A DNA stretch of 64,000 nt, taken from the human T2T-CHM13v2.0 reference genome, Homo sapiens. The notes under the pieces are model-generated. The model ran no database searches and was not told where the DNA came from. It was given only the letters and a program-made list of their open reading frames with translations. Position numbers and translations under genes: made by a program. The DNA is taken from the NCBI RefSeq assembly GCF_009914755.1, contig NC_060931.1. The stretch is one strand, 5' to 3'. Below are positions 53,401-64,000 of this stretch, piece after piece (the first letter of the stretch is position 1; each line of letters begins with the position of its first letter).

Positions 53401-55583
53401 TTCATCAGCACCCATGCTCTGCCATTTTGCTTTCCTTAATTGTAGTGTCTGGCTGATGGATGTCAACAAGGCTTTGTTGAATGCCTGTTGTTAAAAATTT
53501 GCTCTCTCATTTCCATTGCCATGGCCTTTAATTTCTCACCTAAACTGCTGAAATAGTTTTCCTTTCCTGGGACTCTCATTTCTCCAAGAGCCTGTCAAAT
53601 TGATTCCTCACTTCAAGCCCATTCAGTCTTTAAAGTCTTCAATATCCTATCATCACCTACAGAGCAAATGGAAATCCAGTAGCATCTGAAAGAGTGTAGG
53701 GAACGTCATCCCAAAATATGGCTTCTTGCTATAAAGATTATTTTGAGTTAAAGACCCTTAGGAAACAACAGACTGTAACAGCCCAACAGGTTCTTCTTGC
53801 CCACTGCCCAGAAAAGCCAGTGCACTGAGAACAGCAGGTTTTGCAGCAAAGAAAGAGTTTAATAATTGCAAGTCCAGCTAAGCAAAAGGACAGGAGACAT
53901 TTCTCAAGTCTGCCTCTTAGGAAACTCAGATGCTAGGGTTTTAAAGATTATTTGGCAAGTAGAGGGCTAGTGAATTAGTGCTGCTGATAGGATAGGATGA
54001 AATAATAGAAGTATCCAGACTGTCTTTGTGCTAAGTCAGTTTGTGGATGAAAGTTCCTGGGTGGGAGTCAGTTTCTTGGTCTGACTCACAGGTCTGGCTG
54101 GAATCATTTGGTTGCCATAATGCAAAAGTTTGAAAAATATCTCAAAGACCAGTCTTAGGTTTTGACAATACTGGTGTTACTGGAAAGGGGTCCTGATCTA
54201 GACACCAAGAGAAGATCTTGGATCTCATACAATGAAGAATTCAGGGTGAGTCCATAAAGTTAATGCAAGTGTATTAAGAAAGTAAAGGAATAAAAGAATG
54301 GCTACTCCACAGGCAGAGCAGCTGCTTGGGCTGCTCAATCAAGGATACTTATTATTACTTCTCGATTATATGACAAACAAGGGTGAATTATTCAGGAGTT
54401 TTCTGAGAAAGGTAGGCAATTCCTAGAACTGGGGCTTCCTCCCCATTTTAGACCATATTGGTTAACTTCCTGATGTTGCCATGGCATTTGTAGACTGTCA
54501 TGGCACTGGTAGGAGTGTCTTTTAGCATGCTAATGCATTCTAGTTATCGTACAATGAGCAGTGAGGATGACCAGAGGTCACTGTTATCACTCTTGTCTTC
54601 TCCAAATTCTGGAGAAATTTGATAGAAACAAGTACGCTCCAAATTTTGTTCACAAGAGTATACTTTACTCAATTGCTACAAGCTGTAAATAGCTCAAAAG
54701 AAAAGTTTCCTTGATTTTGAAAAACAAAACAAAGGATCAGCAAAAAAGGTGTTTTTTCTTTTTTTGCAAAAAAAAGCAAAAAAGTCAAAAACAGAGCATT
54801 TTGAGTTGAAGACCCTTAGTTTTAAGCAAAAGTCAAAAACACTATGTCAGTCTTCCATTAGTTCAGTTCATACAGTTAACTCCTGTTCTGCTTGATATTC
54901 ATGAACATTCCAGCTCTCCATGAGAGTCCTGAAAGTTTTTCCTCTATTCTAATGTGCAATCTCCAAAGTTATTAGAAGCCTGTATTCAACAGCACCTGTC
55001 AAAGCCCTATAGCTGATTATAAATGACCTTTTGAAGAGGATCAAAATAAAACAACAGTTGTCTGTGGATGACAAAAAGTTTTAGGACAGCTACTATTAAA
55101 GCCACAATGGACTAGCAATTTTGATTACTTCTGTGGAATACAACAATTTTAACACAACAATTATAACTATTAATAACATACACTAAGTCATATCATGATC
55201 ATAACAGTTTCCCATAATTTTGGAACACATACCACTAACATATTTACACAAATAAAGCCCAAAGAAAGCCTAATACATTTCATATTTGACAATGCATCCT
55301 GTATGATTTTTATACTAAATAAGCCAATTTGGACTTTAGAGGACCTAATAACTAAAAGATTAATCAGGTCAGAAAAAGGCATAATTTATCATTTGATTTT
55401 GGAAACTTTGTCAAATGTCAAATCCCAGGTAACCATAAGTCATTAATTTAGCCAAAATAATAAATCAAAAATTTTTAAAAGGCAAAAGCTTTTCCTCATT
55501 ACGAGGGGAGACATAGCTTTCCAAACAATGTGTCTCTTTTCTTTCCTTTCTTTTTCCTACAGTTTATTCAAAAGGCAAGACAA

Positions 55584-55971
<388 letters not shown>

Positions 55972-56825
55972 CTATTGATGTCACACCTAATTCTTAATAA
56001 AACCTTATAGACAAATCTATCCAATATTAATCAGTATGACCATAAGGTAAGATTCTTATAAACCTTTTATAACCCTTTACACTTGTTGTTGTTGTTGCTA
56101 AAGAGCAGAACAATGTTCTAAGAAAACTCTGTTGTGCTTTTATTCCAATGTTCAGTTTATGGAATAACTGAATAATACCCATTTAACTTTAGCCAATATA
56201 GTCACACACAGAATCTCTTTCACAATTAATTTTTCATAAATCTTCAACAACTTGTTCAAACCTTTAGATTTTTCCTATCTCACTTAAAACAATCCTTTAA
56301 CCCTCTAAACTTAGGCAAGAAATCCACATTCTCATGCCTTCTTTTGGTAAAATTGCATTCTACTTTCCTTAGACACCTGTGTATAGAACTGTTTCTTCAG
56401 TTCTCAAATACATGTTATGCTGTTAACTCTTAGCAATTTTACTTTTGGTGAAAAACCTGGATAGTAAGCTATTTTAATTATGTATCTGTCTGGGGCACCA
56501 GACAGAAGTGCAGATAAGGTCTGACTCTTTCCAGCATAGCTAGAGGGTGTGGCTAACCCCATGTCCTCAGGCCTTAACTAGCTGTTAAGCAGGCAAGTTG
56601 AACTGTTTTCAAAAGCTAAAGAAGGTCAAAAGATTATGACCTTAAAGCATTAAGCAAACCTAATATCTGACTTGTATAATTTAGACCAAATGTCTTAATT
56701 TTGAAGATATTTTTATTTTACCAATAATCCTTAAAACTGTCTTTATTTCCCAAAGCTTACCAAAGGCATGTGAACTAAAAGGCATTAGTTTTATTTTTCT
56801 GACACATATTTTATTTAAGCACTTA

Positions 56826-57113
<288 letters not shown>

Positions 57114-58991
57114 TAAGTGCTTATTATTTTTAAGCCAATTAATTGGAAATTTTTCGTATATAAACATCACATACACAACACACATAAATACACAGACAGA
57201 CAGAAGAAGATCCAATAGTTGTAAGATTTTTCATTTCCCAGTTTCTTAATTGGATTATTGGCTTCAGGGTGGAGCTGTTAGAGGAACAGGGCCAGGAAAG
57301 CATGCAGTTTCCACAGCCCAATGAGCAGGCACAGCTGGAAGACAAAACAGATCCCAAAAATTAAGGGTCCCATTTTTATATCAGATCCTAGATCCCCAAA
57401 AAGAGAAATGCTACAGAACAAGACAGTGACATGATTTTACCATGCATTTCATTACAAAATAACCCAAAGCCCATTCTGTGATTAGCTGATCCCCCATGAC
57501 AGTCTTATCTCTCAGTGAGAGAGTGGGAATATCTTCATACCTTCCAAGTGGCCAAGAGCATGTTTCTCTGATCCAAACGTGCAAAAAGCCATGTATTTCC
57601 CCATAATTGCCACTAGCTATCCCCAAAAGTATATTTCCTACGTAGTAGTTATTACACACCAAAGTTCTTTCATAATGCAAAGTAATTTCTGATATCCCCA
57701 AAAGTCAAAAACATCAGATAATGCATGCAAAACAGATCAGAGCCTTAGATTTTTGAGAGAGATCTATCCACTTTCAATTCTTGAGGTTTCATGAGGAAAG
57801 CAGATGTTTTTCCCAAAACAGGGTCTATGCCACCTCCTCTGTTTTTTTCCAAGGAGTTCCAGGCTGTTAGAGCTTGAATAGCTGCTTTTAATTAAGCTGA
57901 CTTTTAACCATAGTGCTCTTAAAAAAAAATTCTTTCAAATTTCTTATTACCTAACTTCAGCCAGACAAAAAGTCCAATATTTCTGGCTTTTAAATTTTAC
58001 CAAAAGTAACCACCCAGGTGCTCAGAGAAAGAAAAATTCAAGATGGTTCATGGATGAGAAGAGAATTAACAGGTGGTGAAGGTCACACATATATCAATTA
58101 GGAAGGACTCATTCCCTAAGTCAGGAACTGAACCCTGAACCCAGGCCACCATTGTGAAAAGACAAAGCCTTAGCTACTGAGCTACAGCTATTAGACAGTT
58201 TCCATTGCCCTTCCCAGAAGGAGCCTAGAGCAGTCAATTCTGAGCTTGCAAAGGCTTTTAACTGCTCAATATAATTTTTAGGGCTATGACATGAACCCCA
58301 AAATTTCTGTCCTCCAGGTGGCAGAGAGAAGGTACCACCACATGGTTAAAAGGTCAAGCTTTCAAGGACATTCTTCGACATGTGATCTCTGGGCAAGATG
58401 GTCACCCTGAGTAGCAGAAAACATAACAAAGGCAAAGAAGAGAAAGGGAGAAAAGCATTCTCAGAGAGGCCAGAGAAAGACCCACCCATCGCAGTGACAC
58501 TGTAAAGTTCAGGTGGCCGCTCACAGGGGATCTTTTCCAGCAGTCTCATCAGTTCTCAGGTTTCCCCTTTTGGGAAAGCAAAAGCTCCCCATGCCCTGTG
58601 TTCCTGTACATGCCTAATCCTATCACCCATAGTCATCAGCAAAGAGTACAAGGCAGATTAATCCAAAGAAAATACTAGTTAACATCCCATAGTGCCAAAT
58701 CCTTTCTTAGCTGAGAGGGACCTTACTGAGAGGGGCCTCTAATCCCTGAAATTTTAGAAGTGACTCTAATCTTCCTAAGTTGGGCCTTAAACCCAAGTTT
58801 GGTCAAGTGTCCTTCCTTTTATTAAAAGGGGCCTTTAACTCTCTTCGTCTTAGGAGAGACTCTAACTCTCCTAAGTTGGGCCTCTAACTCAATCCCATCC
58901 TCTACCCGTGTAAATGTACCCCACTAACCCAAAGTTGGCCAGTTGGGGCATTCAGACAATTTTCCTTTGGGTCAGGGGTCTCTTCATTATC

Positions 58992-59009
58992 GTCCCTTTG
59001 TCGTCACCA
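58992..59009 (-). other. Primer binding site, tRNA-Arg-like
   Basis: TGGTGACGACAAAGGGAC 6 nt after the 5' LTR; 15/18 match to TGGCGACCACGAAGGGAC, the recalled complement of the tRNA-Arg(UCG) 3' end. Confidence 0.7.
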
Positions 59010-60749
59010 GAAAGATGTTACTGGAAAGGTGTTCCAGTCCAGACCCCAAGTGAGGGTTCTTGGATCTTGCACAAGAAAGAATTCTGGGTGAGTTCATGAA
59101 GTGAAAGCAAATTTATTAAGAATGGCTACTCCATAGGTAAAGCAGCAGCTTGGGCTGCTTGACCAAAGATACTTATTGTTACTTCTAGGTTATGTGCCAA
59201 ACAAGGGGTGGATTATTCATGAGTTTCCCCAGAAAAGTGTGGGCAATTCCCAGAACTGAGAGTTCCATTTTAGACCATAAAGGATAACTGTTTGATGTTG
59301 CCATGGCATCTGTAAACTGTCATGGTGCTGGTGAGAATGTCTTTTAGCATGCTAATACATTACAATTAGCATACAATGACCAGTGAGGATGACCAGAGGT
59401 CACTGTCATTGCCATCTTGGTTTTGGTGGGTTTTGGCCAGCTTCTTTACCACAACCTGTTTTATCAGCAAGGTGTTTATGACCTGTATATTGTACTGACC
59501 TCCTATCTCATCCTGTGACTTAGAATACCTCACCTCCTGGGAATGCAGCCCAGCAGGTCTCAGCCTTATTTTACCCAGCCCCCATTCAAGATGGAGTTGC
59601 TCTGGTTCAAACGTCTCTGACAGTGATGTCATCTAGAGAAGCAATTGGGGAAGTTACAAACCTTGTGACCTCCAACTGCATGGTTATTAAACAGTAAGAA
59701 ATTCTAGGAACAATGACTGGTTATCTTTAAGCTACACCTACATCTTGGCAGAATTCAGGCCCCTCCCAAATCCTAAACTTGTGGGCTTTCATTAGTCTTA
59801 CAAGGACAGTTTTGGTCCCCAAGTAAGGAGAGGGTTTGTTTTGGGAAGGGACTGTTATCATCTATGTTTTAAAGTTAACAAAGTAGTGAGCTAGTGAGGT
59901 TAGAAGAAAGATGCAGTTAGCTATGTCATATTTCACCTGAGATCATAATTTTTTTTTTTGCAAAGGTGGTTTCCAGAATTTTCCCCTACCTACATGAAGA
60001 CCCAAGGTGCCCACCAAGGAAAATAATTATTTTTCTTTCTCCTCACTGTTATCTCATCTGGTGAAGAATCTAACCACACCTGAACAATCCCTTTCACAAG
60101 ATAATGTCTGGCTGTCAGGCTCATTCAATTTCCAAAGCAAAGTATTTACAAGTTGATATTCATTCTCTGATCCATTTATTTTTTCCTAGTAATCATTTAT
60201 CGCCCCTCAATAGAATTACCTACATTTCCCAACCCCCTAAATTAGCTATGTAAGTACCTGGGCCTCTGTGGAATATTGGGTAATCATTCTGTGATATTCC
60301 CCTCTGCAGACTAATAAATTCATATGCCTTTCCCCTTATTAATCTGCCTTTTATCAGATGATTTTTCAGCAAACTTTCAGCAGGCAAAAGGGAAGCTCAA
60401 ACACATCATCTGTTTTGTTCTCTGACCCCTGAGTACCTTTCCACCCTCGTCTCCTCTTATGCCCCCAAACAGAGTCTCTATTACAGCCAACTATGACTTT
60501 CTCAGAATGCCAGGGTTCTCCAGGTCTCCTTACCTTCCCACTTGCTGCTTTTTCTTCCTTGTATGCCCCACCCCCAGCTGTGTGCCCTGACTGGAGAACT
60601 CCTAGTCATTTCTCAAAACTTTGTTCAAACATTTTGTGGGAATATGATGGCATTCTTTACTCTTCTGTGTGCTCTTTCATCTCCAGTCTCTCAACAGAAG
60701 GCATTTATGGTGTTGTCAGATGATTTTTCTCTAATTCTATTAGTAATCT

Positions 60750-61267
60750 TGTTACAGGAAAGGGGTCCTGATCCAGACCCCAAGAGAGGGTTCTTGGATC
60801 TTGCGCAAGAAAGAATTCAGGGCGAGTCTGCAGTGCAAATAAAAGCAAGGTTATTAAGAAAGTAAAGTGGTGAAAGGACAGCTACTCCATAGACAGAGCA
60901 GGATGTTCCCTAAAGCAAGAGGAGGAAGGCATCCACCCTAAATACAATGCTTGTATATATGAGGAGATGTGCTCTGCTACAAGCGTTTGTGATAAAGGAT
61001 TACTTGTCTTAATTATTATATTTTGCAATAATTTATATTATTATCTTTAAAGCAAAATTAGGAATGCCTTTGTTGTCCAGATATCAGAATATCTGGACAC
61101 TCTCAAGTCTGGTCTGTTTAGTAAACATTATTAGTTTGTTCCCTTAACCATAAACATCTAGAGGCCAGGAATGCCTAACTTTCTGAGAATGCAGCCCAGC
61201 AAGTCTCAACCTCATTTCTCCAGCCTTCACTCAAAATGGAGTCGCTGTGGTTCAAAAATCTCTGACA
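60750..61267 (-). mobile_element. MER41-family solo LTR (C/D-like) inserted in an L2
   Basis: MER41 U5 end TGTTACAGGAAAGGGGTCCTGATCCAGACCCCAAG and start ...TCTCTGACA; perfect 4-bp TSD ATCT. Confidence 0.85.
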
Positions 61268-62143
61268 ATCTCACTGTCTTACATTTGCTTATGTATTTGC
61301 TGCAGCCACTAGACCAGGAGCTCCTAGTAGCCAGAGCTAGTAAATTCCCCATTTTCTATTCGAAGTATTGACACCAGTACCTGACACATAGCCAGCACTT
61401 GATAAATATTTTCCAATAAATAACCAAATGGTAAGAGTTAGCAAAGCAAAGCATCCAGCCATCTAATATCCCAGAAACATTTTTTTCTTTTTCTAAAGAG
61501 AAAACCTGTAGTTTAGAAGATAGTGAGAAGTTATAGTTGCTTATTGCTGAAATGATCAGGAGTTTATAAAGATGCTCATAGACTTTATGCCTTTTACAAT
61601 GTAAGGCAGTGACATTGATTACCAGGTAATAACCTCAAAAAGAGAGATTCTCAAGAGCTCTTTTGAGGGCTTATAGAGCTGCCAAAGTTAAGAAAATGTT
61701 AACTACAGAGAATATGAAGAAGGTCTCTAGGGGGCCAAAGACAGAGAAGTTATTTGTAGTAAAATATGAAGGGCTCCTTTCATTGGAGGGGCACTGGTGA
61801 GAAAATGAAACACTGGCAATGAGAATAAGAGCAATAAAGAAGCAGGAGGGGAAAAAAGGCACCAGGAAAAGAAAACAAGTTTAGTTGTGATGCTAGAAGA
61901 GATATAAATAATCATGTGAATGGGCAATTATCATCCTAAAATTTGCTTCTTTAAAAATATTTTTAAAACAATGAGACAGACAGTAATGAGATTTTTAAAT
62001 GGAATCAGGAATTTCCAGTCACATATTTAATTCTTTGATCAGGATAAAGGAAATTAGCTAAGATGTGAACATCGCATTTGTCTAAACACTTTATTCTCAT
62101 GGGGAAAGCCAGGCTGAATTGAGAAGAAAGGACACACAAGACT

Positions 62144-64000
62144 TGTTAAAGGAAAGGGGTCCCAATCCAGACCCCAAGAGAGGGTTCTTGGATCTTGTGC
62201 AAAAAAGAATTCAGGGTGAGTCCACAGTGCAAAGTGAAAGCAAGTTTATTAAGAAAGTAAAGGAATGAATGAATGGCTACTCCATAGACAGAGCAGCCCC
62301 AAGGGCTGATGGTTGCCCATTTTTATGGTTATTTCTTGATGATATGCTAAACAAGGGATGGATTATTCAGGCCTCCCCTTTTTAGATAATATAGTGTAAA
62401 TTCCTGACATTGCCATGGTATTTGTAAACTGTCATGGTGCTGGTGGGAGTGTAGCAGTCTGGATGACCAGTGGTCACTCTCATCACTATTTTGGTTTTGG
62501 TGGGTTTTGGCCAGCTTCTTTACTGCAAGCTGTTTTATCAGCAAGGTCTTTATAACCTGTATTTTGTGCTGATCTCCTATCTCTTCCTGTGACTTAGAAT
62601 GCCATAACTGTCCAGGAATGCAGTCTTGTAGGTTTCAGCCTCATTTTAGCCAGCTCCTGTTTAAGATAGATTTGCTCTGGTTCACATGCCTCTCACATTT
62701 ACTCCCTCCCTTTTGTAAGAGAACCCTTAATCCTAAGGGTTGCAGAGAGACAAAGATCTATCTTCTGTAACTTCTTCAGGCTGAACAGAGGCAATGATAT
62801 TCCTGCCTAACTATGAGTGTCTCTTGCATTCAGGGAAGGGATGAGTTCAGTGAGAAAGCATCAGTATGGTAAGGTCCATTCACAACTCCTGAGTTTCAAC
62901 AAAAGGTGATATCTGGAAGATTAATAAGTGTTTAATTTAAGAAAACATTCAGTAAGCTTGTCCTGTCTTCCTACAAAAAGAACTGATTGGTTCACAGGAA
63001 TAAGCAGCATTAGCCTAAATTGCAGAAACAAACTTAAAAACAACAAATGAGACTAAAATTTAATAACAAGTGTACCATAGTTCTTGAAACGCATTATTTT
63101 TCTTTCCAGTTTCCCATTTTTACTAAAGACAAATCATGGTAAGATTGATTTGCTTTATTATATTTGGCCTGGTTATTTGTATTAAGTGTATCAACAATAA
63201 TTATTTTCACATAGGATCTTTTTAAATGGGCTTTGATGGAACTCTGTTTTATAGAAGGAATCTTACATAAGACTTTTTAAAACCAAGCTCTGCCATGGGT
63301 TTGTACCCTCAAACACCCATGAGTTGAGTAAATCCCTTCCCCTTGTGGACTCAAGATAAGTTGGGGCTCTTGGATCTGTCAGAAAGTCACATTCTTTACT
63401 TACCACAGCTCAGAAACCCTGTGCAGGGACTGTTGCAGACAAGGTCTGAGGCCAGTTCTCCAAGGGGCTTTTGTTGGCTTTAAAAGTCAAGTTTGATTCC
63501 TTAAAGGAAAACACACCATTTTAGTTAAAGCATTGGTAAAATAACCAATTTCTCCAATTGTGTCCTGTGACAAAAGAAAACAGATTCTTATTGCATTTAT
63601 GCAAGTAACTATATTGCCATAAATTAAGAATACTCAAAAATAGTTTCCAAATTTTGGAGTAATCAGGTAGAGAGGAACAAATATGCTCCAAATTTTGTTC
63701 ACAGGAGTGTACTTTACTCAATTGCTTAAAGCTGTAAATAGCTCAAAAAAAAGTTTCCTTGACGCTGAAAAACAAAACAAAGGATCAGCAGTGTTTTAAG
63801 CAAAGTTAAAAAGATTACTTCAGTTGTTGATTGGTTCAGTTAATTCAGTTAACTCCTGTTTGGTATTCATGAACATTCTATTTGGTATTCATGAACATTC
63901 CAGCTCTTCATGAGAGTTCTGAAAGTTGTTTCCTCTATTCTAATGTTACAATTTCCAAAGTTAATAGAAACTTGCATTTAAGAACACCTGCTAGAGTTCT
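62144..64000 (-). mobile_element. Second MER41 provirus: MER41A-type 3' LTR 62144-62697, polypurine tract, internal sequence running off the window
   Basis: LTR with MER41A-type CTGCTACACTCCCACCAGCACC; PPT AAAAGGGAGGGAGTAAA on - at about 62698-62714; 63645-64000 homologous to 54600-55000. Confidence 0.88.

Noticed and set aside
61633-61678. Imperfect inverted repeat CCTCAAAAAGAG...CTCTTTTGAGG
   Set aside because: Too short for a pre-miRNA; no other support.

Overview
Primate (human-type) genomic DNA covering the 5' part of INHBA (inhibin/activin beta-A) on the minus strand and about 52 kb of upstream sequence. The only protein-coding segment I can support is INHBA coding exon 8773->8386, which encodes the signal peptide and N-terminal prodomain (129 codons + 1 nt). 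The exon for the mature growth factor lies left of the window. A non-coding first exon (about 11400-11503) with TATA/CCAAT/variant-CRE promoter elements and a CpG-rich block (about 13500-14250) sit upstream. The rest is repeat-rich: Alu, MIR, L2, L1, MER20, MER3, MER91 and old LTRs. It ends in a nested ERV1 cluster with four same-strand MER41-family LTRs. From prior knowledge the antisense lncRNA INHBA-AS1 crosses this region on the + strand, but I cannot fix its exons from sequence. I found no foreign insert, CRISPR array or novel protein-coding system; the other ORFs in the track look like noise. The best leads are regulatory: a splice-created uORF whose length depends on TSS choice, antisense splice sites overlapping the INHBA acceptor, a weak donor with a G-run and a possible prodomain-only read-through product, STAT(GAS)-bearing MER41B LTRs, a full-length MER20, a distal CRE cluster, and a templated-insertion scar inside the provirus. 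Repeat family names come from recalled consensus sequences and need RepeatMasker/Dfam confirmation.
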